A stretch of 64,000 nucleotides of DNA, from IMG/VR virus record IMGVR_UViG_3300033463_000104, positions 3,819-67,818 of that record; one strand, given 5' to 3'. The position numbers and the translations under genes were made by a program. A model generated the notes under the pieces. The model worked only from the letters and a program-made list of their open reading frames with translations. It ran no database searches and was not told the DNA's origin. This document shows, in pieces, positions 8,656 to 17,945 of the stretch (positions are counted from its first letter, which is position 1; each line of letters begins with the position of its first letter). Source of the stretch: a virus. Taxonomy: Duplodnaviria; Caudoviricetes.

Positions 8656-11600
8656 TTATACCTCCATGTAAGCAGCGATGCCGTTCAACACCGAGATTTC
8701 ATAATGCTTGTTTGCCGCGATTGTCGGTGCGCTACCGCCATTCCAACCGGTAATAGCCGAAGGCCACGACGAGATCGTCGGAGCGGTGGAGCCGGTTTCG
8801 AATGTCCAATAATAGTGGTTCATCTTTGTCGAATCGGCAGCTGCCGCCATTGCGAAGGAAACCGTTCCCGTCAACGTGCCAAGTGCATACAAGATATTCG
8901 GCAAGAAACCGCCAGATGGTTGCGAGGTTTGGACCGGAAAGGCAACTTCGTCCTCCGATATGGCTCCGATATTCTGCCGCGCCATCTGTTTCTTCTCGGA
9001 GGATACTGTCTGCTCGTTGAAGGACACGTAGTTCTCGTTCAGATGTCGAAGGATATTAACAGCGTCCATCGTGTAAACCATATCTGCGGCGAACGGCGCG
9101 AGGACGGAAGATGCCGTATCCTCTGGTAGCCTCCGTTCCGTTCCACCCTGGATGACGGAGTAGTTCATCGGGATCGGGGTGTCGAGGGTGTATTCCTCCG
9201 GGGTGGCCAGTTGGAAGTAAAGAGTCTTTCCCGTGACGGCTGTTTTGAAGTTCGCAGCATCGGTGTAGGATGAATCTTTTGCAGTTATTCTGAGCGGGGC
9301 CCCACTATTGTTCCACTTTGCGATTGACTTGTCGGGATGGTTTGCATACGCTGTCGAACTATTGTACTTTCCGTAGAAATAATACTTCGCGCAAAGCAAG
9401 TCAGACGATTGCTTTATGCCGGTAATATCCCGATAGAATATTGCGTCATTTGAGTTGTACGACCACGCCGCATTTCCCATATCAATTTGTCCAATCCGCT
9501 TAATCGCCCTCACCGCATAGCCGTTCTCCACGACGAGTTCGTCATACATCGTCCCCACCGACTTCATGCCTTCGGGGAAGATGGCAACCGATTCTCCTTC
9601 GCCGTTCAGTTTGCCCGTCAGCGTCGGGATATTCATCGTCAGGGTGTGCTTTTCATAAGGCTCGTATTGGCCGTTGAAGGATACGTCGGAGAGATTGATG
9701 ATTGTATTCGTCGCATTGCCTCCCGTGACGGTCACTTCATCGGTGCGGTCAGCGGTAAACAGATTCGAGGATACCGTAATAGATGTTCCATCACTATATG
9801 CGAGAGTAGTGTATGTGCCGCCGACATAATACGTCTTCCCCCTAATTACAGATGCCTTCCCGCTTGTCGGATTGTATTGGTTTCTTCCAATCGTCTCAAT
9901 CGCTGTCGCGGCGTTGTTGACGAGCGTCCCGGCGTTGTAGGCGTAGTACGGATTCGGATAGAGGGCTTCGAACTCCGCCACGGTGGACGGCTCGTTGCCC
10001 GCGCCGAACATCAGGGTGAGGTCGAAAATCTGGACGTTTCGTACATAGAAGTCCACGCAAGTCGCACCGGTATCTGAGGAAATGTAAGCCCAAATCAGAA
10101 ATGTTTTCGATACGTCGGTCGGCGTGATGATTTCCCCTGACCGAGTCCAAGGCGTATTGGCTGCCAGATTATACAGATTAAGGTTATGGCTGGCGCCAAA
10201 GCGACCTTGCATTTCGATGAAAGTAGAATCGGCTCCGGTCTTATAGTCAAAGGAAACGAGGTATTTATGATTTAGAATAGGCGAATAATCATAGGCTGTT
10301 TTAATATACAAATTTGGTTGCGCCGTAACTCCTGATTGCGTTCTATTGTAATAAATATGCGCAACGCCATCCGTATAATCATATACTAACCCCGTCCCGG
10401 CTCGATTGGTCCAATAAGTTGATGTCAACTCTGGCGCATGTTGGTTCCACACCAGGCTCTTCCCCTTCAACCGCTCTATCGCCGCGATGCCCGTTGCGGC
10501 TTCGTCGGGGGTCTTTCGGAATATATATTCCGCCGGGACGATTTCGTCGGCGAGGAGGTTTCTTGCACTTCCGACGGACATTTCCGGATAGTCGCCGATG
10601 GTGTTGGCCTTTTTATCGTCAAGCACGTCAATCTGGTCATACAAGTCGCTGATTTCGTCGGCGTGCGTGTTGAGCGTTTCGATGGCATCGAGCGAGTACC
10701 TTGCGGTGATGTCCGGCATCCCGGTGTTGATAGCAGAGGTGTTCTTAGGCAGAATCCGCTCCACGCCCCAATTATCCACGATGTAGTTGACCGGGAGCGT
10801 CACAGGCGTCCCGTCGGCAAAGAGCGAGGAGCCTTGATACACGAGGTCGGTGTAGGTTTCGGGGGTGGCGAGTTTGTAGTAGAGTTTTTGACCCGTGACG
10901 GCGGTAGTGAATGTGGTAGCGTCTGTGTAAGAATCGTCACGAATTATTACACGATTGGTTCCTGTCCACCCGGCAATAGCCTTGTTCGAAGAAAGAGTGT
11001 TCCCTGATGACGGAAGAGACGTCGTAATTATTGCGTTATACTTTGCACATAACAACTTCGATAGATCGGCGGTATTGAAATTACCTAAATTGGGTATTGC
11101 ATTGGCTGGCGAGTCAAAAGTTGGCCTATCCGACAAATATCTCCATCCCAAACTTCCCATATCCACTTCTCCAACAACCCTCTTCGCCACAACTTCTCCG
11201 TCCACGATTCCGAGCGTGTCCTTCAAGTCGCCGATTCCAGGCATACCCGTAGGCCAGACTTGCACCAACGAGCCTTCGCCGTTCTTCTTGCCGTAGATGT
11301 GCGTGACATCCAACTTGACAACATCGACCGAGTAGTCTTCGTAGTCGGTCTTCGTGCCGTCCCACCAGAGGAACACCGCGCAATCCGCTCCGGCAGACGC
11401 GACACTCAGTTCGCCCGGCGATTCGATGAGGAACTTGCCGTCGGCGTCCGGGGTAATCGTGCTTGTCTCGCCCGTCGCTTTGCTAGTAAAGGTGATCGTC
11501 CCATAGGTTCCCGCGATGCCGTAGTAGTTGCCATATACATCGGAGTATGCGCCCGGAAGTTCCGCCTTGCCCGTAGCCGGGTCAAGAAGGTTGAAGCCGA

Positions 11601-13278
11601 CGGATTCCATGCCCGTCATTTTGTTGTTGATGACCGAACCCGCATCGTAGGGGTAGTAAGGCATCGTGCCGACATTCTCCGCAAGCCACTTCTCGAAAGC
11701 GGCGACTCCCGCGTTAGTCGTAATCTGGGCGGTCGTTATGCCGAGGGCGGCGGCGATGTTCGCGTCAGAGCCGAAGATGGCGGTAAGGTCGATGAGGTTA
11801 ATGTTGCGATATTTAACGGAATCGCCAGAAGTAAGACTCGAAGTTTTATTGCAATACAAGTACAGTTCGGAAGATGTGGCCTCCACGGAGAAAACATCTC
11901 GATATATTGTCCATGTGTTTGCGGGAACCGTCGCTCTTGTAGTGAGATTTATTGCGTTGGATATTCCGATTTGTATAGCTGTTTGTTTAGACGGGTTCAC
12001 CTCTTCACTAACAAGATACTTGTGGCCAGTCAATGTTGTGATGGTTTTCGTGATTCGCGTAGCATTAAGATTCGTCGTCACTGTTATCGCGAGTGTGCAA
12101 ACGCCATTCGACGCGGAAATGTTACCGCCAGTCTTTGCCCATCCAGTCGTCCCATTACTAAAGTCTCCATTCTGCACCAACTGGTTAAACTTCACGCTCC
12201 GTCCCCGCACCTCGTTCAGTTGCGCGAGTCCGTTCGCAACCTCGGCATCCTCGCCGCCCGTGGGACGCTCGAAGAACGATTCGGTCACCAAGGAACGACC
12301 TTCAAGGTTCTTCGCGATGCCGACGGCCATAGAGTCGTAGGAGCCGTCCTTCTGGGCGACATTATCGGAAGGGATGCCGGAGTCAACCGGGTTGTGGTTC
12401 GCGTCGAACTTCGCAATGTTGCCCGTCACCGCGTCCGTATCCTTGTCCGCCTTGCCGGACACGTCCTGAATCGCGGTGTCGGCTTTCCCTAATGAGGTCT
12501 GGACATCCGAGGAGAGGTCGGTCTTCGGGATGCCCGTGCCCGGCTTCTGGTATGCGGAATCCGCGTTGCCGAGCGAGGTCTGGACATCGGACGCCATGTC
12601 CGCCTTGGGGATGCCGCCCTGGGGAACAGTATACTTGCCGTTGAACGTAGCCACAAGCTGCTGCGTGATACCGGAATTGATCGCATTCCATTGCGATGAC
12701 GTGAAGCTTGAGTTGTTCAGGTCATATTCGAACACCCAGGACCCGCCGGAGTATTTATAGCGCTTATATACGGTATTTCCGGCCGAATCGGTCGTCTGCA
12801 CGAATCCGTAGTCGTTCTCGTCCGCCGTTACCGCCTGCAGATCCGCAAGCGAAGTATATGTTCCGCGGAACGTCGCGCCCGCAGTCGAAATTGACGAATT
12901 CACAAATGCCTTGTCTGCAAGCTGGTTGTTTGCGGCAGCGGCCGACGGTATTTTCGCGTTGATTGCATCAACGTCCGTCCGGAGTCCTCCCTCGACGCCC
13001 TGCGCCCTGGATGTCTCAGTCCCGAGTTGATTGGTCGTAGCAAAGCTGCTGTCGTTTTGGAGTTGGCTAACTTTTGTCGGTACCGCGGCACTTGTGATAA
13101 ATCCGCTATCATTGATCAGATCGCTCGTCTTCGTAGGAAGCGATGCGGCCGTGATGAATCCGGTGTCGTTGGTTAGGTCGCTGACCTTTGTCGGCATGGC
13201 GACCTCTAGTTGGGACACTTTGCCGAGCAGGATTTCCACCTGGTTACCGGTATAAGGGAGTTCATATGTTCCGGCCAT
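8656..13278 (-). CDS. long tail fibre / receptor-binding protein with internal duplication
   Basis: 1540 aa; PTKVSDLTNDTGF repeats; two homologous ~500-aa modules. Confidence 0.85.
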   Translation of the reverse strand: MAGTYELPYTGNQVEILLGKVSQLEVAMPTKVSDLTNDTGFITAASLPTKTSDLINDSGFITSAAVPTKVSQLQNDSSFATTNQLGTETSRAQGVEGGLRTDVDAINAKIPSAAAANNQLADKAFVNSSISTAGATFRGTYTSLADLQAVTADENDYGFVQTTDSAGNTVYKRYKYSGGSWVFEYDLNNSSFTSSQWNAINSGITQQLVATFNGKYTVPQGGIPKADMASDVQTSLGNADSAYQKPGTGIPKTDLSSDVQTSLGKADTAIQDVSGKADKDTDAVTGNIAKFDANHNPVDSGIPSDNVAQKDGSYDSMAVGIAKNLEGRSLVTESFFERPTGGEDAEVANGLAQLNEVRGRSVKFNQLVQNGDFSNGTTGWAKTGGNISASNGVCTLAITVTTNLNATRITKTITTLTGHKYLVSEEVNPSKQTAIQIGISNAINLTTRATVPANTWTIYRDVFSVEATSSELYLYCNKTSSLTSGDSVKYRNINLIDLTAIFGSDANIAAALGITTAQITTNAGVAAFEKWLAENVGTMPYYPYDAGSVINNKMTGMESVGFNLLDPATGKAELPGAYSDVYGNYYGIAGTYGTITFTSKATGETSTITPDADGKFLIESPGELSVASAGADCAVFLWWDGTKTDYEDYSVDVVKLDVTHIYGKKNGEGSLVQVWPTGMPGIGDLKDTLGIVDGEVVAKRVVGEVDMGSLGWRYLSDRPTFDSPANAIPNLGNFNTADLSKLLCAKYNAIITTSLPSSGNTLSSNKAIAGWTGTNRVIIRDDSYTDATTFTTAVTGQKLYYKLATPETYTDLVYQGSSLFADGTPVTLPVNYIVDNWGVERILPKNTSAINTGMPDITARYSLDAIETLNTHADEISDLYDQIDVLDDKKANTIGDYPEMSVGSARNLLADEIVPAEYIFRKTPDEAATGIAAIERLKGKSLVWNQHAPELTSTYWTNRAGTGLVYDYTDGVAHIYYNRTQSGVTAQPNLYIKTAYDYSPILNHKYLVSFDYKTGADSTFIEMQGRFGASHNLNLYNLAANTPWTRSGEIITPTDVSKTFLIWAYISSDTGATCVDFYVRNVQIFDLTLMFGAGNEPSTVAEFEALYPNPYYAYNAGTLVNNAATAIETIGRNQYNPTSGKASVIRGKTYYVGGTYTTLAYSDGTSITVSSNLFTADRTDEVTVTGGNATNTIINLSDVSFNGQYEPYEKHTLTMNIPTLTGKLNGEGESVAIFPEGMKSVGTMYDELVVENGYAVRAIKRIGQIDMGNAAWSYNSNDAIFYRDITGIKQSSDLLCAKYYFYGKYNSSTAYANHPDKSIAKWNNSGAPLRITAKDSSYTDAANFKTAVTGKTLYFQLATPEEYTLDTPIPMNYSVIQGGTERRLPEDTASSVLAPFAADMVYTMDAVNILRHLNENYVSFNEQTVSSEKKQMARQNIGAISEDEVAFPVQTSQPSGGFLPNILYALGTLTGTVSFAMAAAADSTKMNHYYWTFETGSTAPTISSWPSAITGWNGGSAPTIAANKHYEISVLNGIAAYMEV

Positions 13279-13324
13279 AGTTATATCAGTAGTTTAATGA
13301 GTTTGACAATCTGTTTTCCGTATG

Positions 13325-13332
13325 CAAATATA
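13325..13332 (-). promoter_or_regulatory. TAnnTTTG promoter element upstream of the tail fibre
   Basis: TATATTTG on minus, 46 nt before the ATG. Confidence 0.55.
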
Positions 13333-13344
13333 AAAAAAACCTTC

Positions 13345-13878
13345 CTAAAAGCTTAAGAAAGTATAATTTATACCTATTCCGATGTATGGTGACAGCTGTA
13401 CAGTCTTACCGACAAGCGTTACGCCGTACCCTCCGCTGATGCCGATCCCCCACCTGCTGCGCTTCTCTGTTACGGTGTTCGTTATCGTCACGGTCTCCGC
13501 GTCGAGCTCGTAGCGGTCCAGCCTCGGATCGTATCCGGACACCCAGAGCCGAAGCCGGCCTTCCTCTTCCTTGTAATACTTTTGTTCCCGCGGAAGGTAC
13601 ACATAGGTCGTATCGTGCAGCATCGCCAGTTTTTCCTGCGTGACCGTATCCGTGATGAACTTGTATGTCGGGATCTGTATAAATCCGGCAGACGCCGTTT
13701 CTACCGGATCCGGGAAGTCCTTGTAGACAGTGACAGTCTTGATGACGGTGTCGCGCTCGGAGACAAGAGATTTCTCGACCTTCCGCTGCCCGTAGTAGTC
13801 GCCCCCGAAGAAGGCCGCTACTATCAGTACAACGGGGATGATCCACTCGTACTTTCTTATCTTCTCGCTGTCAGACAT
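13345..13878 (-). CDS. DUF6808-like membrane protein, putative spanin/lysis accessory
   Basis: N-terminal TM helix; C-terminal KRSRWGIGISGGYG...PYIGIGINY; directly after the endolysin; start set to MSDSEK. Confidence 0.65.
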   Translation of the reverse strand: MSDSEKIRKYEWIIPVVLIVAAFFGGDYYGQRKVEKSLVSERDTVIKTVTVYKDFPDPVETASAGFIQIPTYKFITDTVTQEKLAMLHDTTYVYLPREQKYYKEEEGRLRLWVSGYDPRLDRYELDAETVTITNTVTEKRSRWGIGISGGYGVTLVGKTVQLSPYIGIGINYTFLSF

Positions 13879-13880
13879 GG

Positions 13881-14390
13881 CTACTTGTTGTATTGAAAAT
13901 CTATGAGGCGATTCATCCATCCGTCATAGTATTTGAGGTTTCCAGACCTGTTCCGCACAAATTGTTCGTACATCGCTGCCCGAGCCGCCTTTATGTTGAA
14001 GTGAAGCCGGCGCGGGTCGTAGGAATTAATTGCCTGGAGCGTCCTGGGGCCCATAATGCCGTCCGTCTTCGCGCCGACCATGCCCTGGACCTTCTTGATC
14101 ATGCCGATCCCGGAATTGACACACCAGTCGACGAAGATCTCTGCGACAGACTGGTTACGGATCTGGTCCGCCCAGCATTTGTCCCAAAAGCCGGTCTTCA
14201 TGATGTGGCGCCACTGTTCCTGGGTCATGCGCTGCAGGTCAACAACGGTCTTGTCTTGGCCATAAAAAGCCTGGAAGGTAGCAAGCGTCACGCCGCTGTT
14301 CGTCGGGCCTCCGAGATCGTTAGGATCGTTCACGTAAACGCTTCCTTCCCACTTCTTGAGTTTTGGGATGTATTTTTCAAACTGTGCCAT
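13881..14390 (-). CDS. endolysin, glycoside hydrolase family 108 with peptidoglycan-binding domain
   Basis: WEGSVYVNDPNDLGGPTNSGVT motif; C-terminal KYYDGWMNRL. Confidence 0.9.
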   Translation of the reverse strand: MAQFEKYIPKLKKWEGSVYVNDPNDLGGPTNSGVTLATFQAFYGQDKTVVDLQRMTQEQWRHIMKTGFWDKCWADQIRNQSVAEIFVDWCVNSGIGMIKKVQGMVGAKTDGIMGPRTLQAINSYDPRRLHFNIKAARAAMYEQFVRNRSGNLKYYDGWMNRLIDFQYNK

Positions 14391-14423
14391 AGCGTCGTAA
14401 AGGTATTGTTTTTTTTTCAAATA

Positions 14424-17400
14424 TCAAGGTCTCACTTCGATAAATTCACGGTAGGACGAGTTGATCTCCGCCCCGATTATGTTGGAATAGTAGTCACGCG
14501 ACGAGTCTTTTACGAGTGCTGCCGTCATGTTTTCCTCCCCGCCTGTCGCGCCCCCCGCGAGGGTAATAGTCCTGCTGATGGTCAGTTCATCACGCGCCGA
14601 GGGACTCGTTATCGGCTGTCCGGAAGGCGTGGAGCGAATGACGACTGTTATATTGTAACTCCTGCTGCCGGCGGTATGATTCGTGAGCGACCAGCGGTAG
14701 CCGATGCCCGTGTCGGAAGTCCACCATGCCTCGGCAAGACCGGATGCCGTGTATTGCGTGAGTTGCATGAGTTGGATTTCAATTGATACGGATGGATCGT
14801 CGATGGATGTGACCGTCACAACGCCATACTTGACCGTGTACCCCGTATTCTGTGTCACGGCCACCACGACGCTTGTCTCCATCGTCGTAGAAGAGTTGCC
14901 GAGATTCGAGTTCGGCGTGATGGTCGTACCGGCATCGCCCATCGTAGGCGTCCATGTCACGTTGAACATTGTATTGACGGACGTGATGACCACCGTGGCG
15001 CTGGATGCCGCCGGTAGCATATTCAGGCTGTCCGGCGATACCGACAGGCTGACGAACTTCTTCTGGTAGATCGTCTCGCTGTCGAGGACGCTTTGCCCTT
15101 GCGGTGCGGAGGTGTTTTGGACGATGACCGTTCCGTGCCGTGCCGCAGCACCAGATGATTGCGCAGCGATCGTGAGCGTGCCGCCAGAGAAGGTACACCA
15201 TGAAGGGACGGACGTAAACGAATAATTGTCGCCAAGTACGAGTTGCCAACTTGATCCGGGAACAAGTTGCCCAGCGTAAGTCGTGGAGTCATAGGTCGTG
15301 CTTTGGATGGCGTAGTGATTTGCATCGTTGTGGTCGGCGCTCCAAGACGAGTAATGCTTGACCGTATAGATCGGAACCACGCCGTCATGCAACTGCGCCT
15401 CTTTGTGGTATGCCGCCACGGAATAGGGAACCGTAGCCCCGGCGAACGGAGCGGCATTTTCCTGAGAGGTGTAGTTTCCGATAGCAAGATCGACGGCATA
15501 GTTCCGCTTGCCCGTATAAGGCGATCCCCACGAAATCTCGCCCTCCGTCTGGTAGATTGTTCCCTCAAGACTGTTCTGGACGGAGTATGTCAGCGGGGTC
15601 TCGATCTGGGTGCTGCCGTTCTTCGCAACGATCGTCAGCGAGTCTGTCGTGACGGAGGTCTGCATGTCGCGATGCTGGATACGGAAGGTCTTCGTGTGGT
15701 TGGTCGTGTTCGTACCAACAACCGACGCGGTATATGCCCCGTCCGTTGACATGAAAAGTTCGAGGATGAGTATGTTGGTGTTGTCGGTCGTCGAACTTTC
15801 CCCGGCAACCCGCGTCAGGTCGGACTCCCATACCTTGCCCGCCACGCTATATGCCGTTCCTAGGAGGTCCACCGTTCCGCCACCGGCCCATAGGCTATTG
15901 CTTCCGGATATTTCCGTCAGGGAAACATACGGAGTTGCGGAGCCGTCAATCTTCTTGTCCTTCTTTTGCGTCAGCGTCTGGGAACGGGACGTGCCCTCAT
16001 AGGTCGCGCTGATGCTATATGACTTGTCCGTCAGGTTGTGCTGGTTGCTTGCCGTAAACTGCTGATTCGTCACGGTGACGGGCGAGCCGCCTGACGTGAC
16101 GGACAGGGAGGCGTTGACGAGATCGTTGATGAGGGATATGCTGTCCCCGCCGCTCGTATCTCCGGACGTGTAGGAATAGAGGCTTGTCGTTCCGCTGCCC
16201 GTGACGCGCACCTCAATCTGGATGTCCGTCTCGACCGCATTGATGGTCGGGTTGTTTCCGAGCGTAGCGCCGTCTGCCTTGAGCGAGAGCGTCATTGCCG
16301 ACACGTTGAACGATCCGGCCTGTACAAGCGTTTTCTGGTTCCGCTGTTGATAGACCGTAGGAGTGACATTTGACTGCGATTGATTCGATCCCTTAGACAC
16401 GCGGACACGGAGGTTTGATGCCACGACCGTATTTCCCGTATCCTCATTCGTACCACGCGAATCGGCTTCCACATAGCCGTTGGGGGCGTCCCTATATTCC
16501 AGATATACTGTCGTGGAGATGGAGCCGTAGGACACCGTAACCGCCGTCTCACCCGTGGTGGTGTATCCGGTCAGGGTGTAGTTCGAGCCGTTGACCGTAC
16601 ACGGAAGAGACACATCGACGCGAGGATACATATTGCCCCCGCTTGCCGGGATGATTCCTGCGCCAAGCCCGTACTTGTTCGGATAGGCGTAGTTCGTGAT
16701 GGTCGGCGTTCCGTAGGTGCGCCCGGTGTCCGTTCCATAAACATAGACCGTCGCGCTGTCGGACTTGCGAGACCATATAGCCGTGACGTCGTAGGCGATC
16801 TCGTCCGTGCCGGTATTTGCCGGAAAAGTAATTTGGTTGCCGCTGATCGTCACGCCAGTATTTGGCGTAACGGTGATGCTGTCCGGCGACTGCAAGGTCT
16901 CGTCGATGCCGCCCTGACCCGATGCGGTCGCACCGCTCGTCCAGGTATAGGTGACTGTGTAGGGGCGCTGCTTGTATCCATAGAGCGTGACCGTGCCGCC
17001 AGTATGGACGATGTCGGTCTCGGACAGTTCAATTCGATAGGCATTGTAGTTGCCGTAGGAATATGTCGGGGAGCCTTGCGAATTGGACTCCTGGTTGATA
17101 TAGAGCGTCCCCGTTTGCAATCCGTTCCAGATGCCACGGACGCGGGCGCTCAGTCTGTTCGTCGGCGTGGTCTTCAAGTCACGGCCACGGACGATCTGGT
17201 GTCCGCTATATGTGTCAATGTAAAATGCCGGGACGGTCTGCCCCTCGATCGTTATGTCGTCAACACGCCATAGTGCGTCTATTTCAAAGCGTTGGTTTTG
17301 GACGGTCTGTATGACGGTCTGTCCCCGCACTTCTTCAACGGTCGCCGTTATGTAGGCGTAGTTGCTACCATCGGCATAAATCTCTGAATAGCGGCTGTAT

Positions 17401-17945
17401 CTCACCTGCGCCGTATTCGCAACGATTCGCCAATACGATGTCGTAGGCCATACCAACTGACTTGCCGAAGCCCCCGTCGGCTTGACACGGATTTCTGAGA
17501 CGGAATAAACACCGCCGTTCTGTGTTGGCGTAAGCGATGCCTCCTTGTTATATGTCTGCGATGTTTCCCTATTGATGCAAAAGACGCGGACGGTCCTCGT
17601 TCCTGTGGGGGGAGTGACGGTCTCTGTTTTGATGGTTGACGCCCCGACCGGGTTTCCGCCTTGGATACCACCGATAAGTGCTCCGGCAGCATTGTAATAT
17701 GCAACGGCATAGTTGTTCGCCGCCGCCGAGTTATAATACACAGCCGTATAACTTGCACCATCGACGAACAGGGCAAACTCCGCAACATGAGCGCCGTTTG
17801 AAGCCGAAGGCTCCAACTCGCCAGCCGGTACGCTTCCCGATCCGTTGCTGATGCGCACATCAGCCGTCCGGGACAGTTTCGTTATCCTGATTCCGGGGAC
17901 TTTGACTTTCCCGCTCTCCATCCAGTCTATCCTCGCCTTCGTCAT
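14424..17945 (-). CDS. tail protein with Ig-like/BACON-like domains
   Basis: 1173 aa, Thr/Ser/Val-rich; WCTFSGGTLTIAAQ...RHGTVIV and VSPDSLNM...TW segments. Confidence 0.75.
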   Translation of the reverse strand: MTKARIDWMESGKVKVPGIRITKLSRTADVRISNGSGSVPAGELEPSASNGAHVAEFALFVDGASYTAVYYNSAAANNYAVAYYNAAGALIGGIQGGNPVGASTIKTETVTPPTGTRTVRVFCINRETSQTYNKEASLTPTQNGGVYSVSEIRVKPTGASASQLVWPTTSYWRIVANTAQVRYSRYSEIYADGSNYAYITATVEEVRGQTVIQTVQNQRFEIDALWRVDDITIEGQTVPAFYIDTYSGHQIVRGRDLKTTPTNRLSARVRGIWNGLQTGTLYINQESNSQGSPTYSYGNYNAYRIELSETDIVHTGGTVTLYGYKQRPYTVTYTWTSGATASGQGGIDETLQSPDSITVTPNTGVTISGNQITFPANTGTDEIAYDVTAIWSRKSDSATVYVYGTDTGRTYGTPTITNYAYPNKYGLGAGIIPASGGNMYPRVDVSLPCTVNGSNYTLTGYTTTGETAVTVSYGSISTTVYLEYRDAPNGYVEADSRGTNEDTGNTVVASNLRVRVSKGSNQSQSNVTPTVYQQRNQKTLVQAGSFNVSAMTLSLKADGATLGNNPTINAVETDIQIEVRVTGSGTTSLYSYTSGDTSGGDSISLINDLVNASLSVTSGGSPVTVTNQQFTASNQHNLTDKSYSISATYEGTSRSQTLTQKKDKKIDGSATPYVSLTEISGSNSLWAGGGTVDLLGTAYSVAGKVWESDLTRVAGESSTTDNTNILILELFMSTDGAYTASVVGTNTTNHTKTFRIQHRDMQTSVTTDSLTIVAKNGSTQIETPLTYSVQNSLEGTIYQTEGEISWGSPYTGKRNYAVDLAIGNYTSQENAAPFAGATVPYSVAAYHKEAQLHDGVVPIYTVKHYSSWSADHNDANHYAIQSTTYDSTTYAGQLVPGSSWQLVLGDNYSFTSVPSWCTFSGGTLTIAAQSSGAAARHGTVIVQNTSAPQGQSVLDSETIYQKKFVSLSVSPDSLNMLPAASSATVVITSVNTMFNVTWTPTMGDAGTTITPNSNLGNSSTTMETSVVVAVTQNTGYTVKYGVVTVTSIDDPSVSIEIQLMQLTQYTASGLAEAWWTSDTGIGYRWSLTNHTAGSRSYNITVVIRSTPSGQPITSPSARDELTISRTITLAGGATGGEENMTAALVKDSSRDYYSNIIGAEINSSYREFIEVRP

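Noticed and set aside
8022-13278. Diversity-generating retroelement or shufflon acting on the tail fibre genes
   Set aside because: No reverse transcriptase, no invertase and no near-identical TR/VR pair differing at adenines was seen in this window; the internal repeats are old protein-level duplications.
13406-13846. Embedded o-spanin ORF inside the DUF6808-like gene
   Set aside because: The alternative-frame product has no signal peptide or lipobox.
14409-14417. T9 tract upstream of the endolysin as a phase-variable promoter spacer
   Set aside because: The flanking promoter match is imperfect (TACCTTTA) and the spacing is atypical; A/T runs are common in this genome's intergenic DNA.
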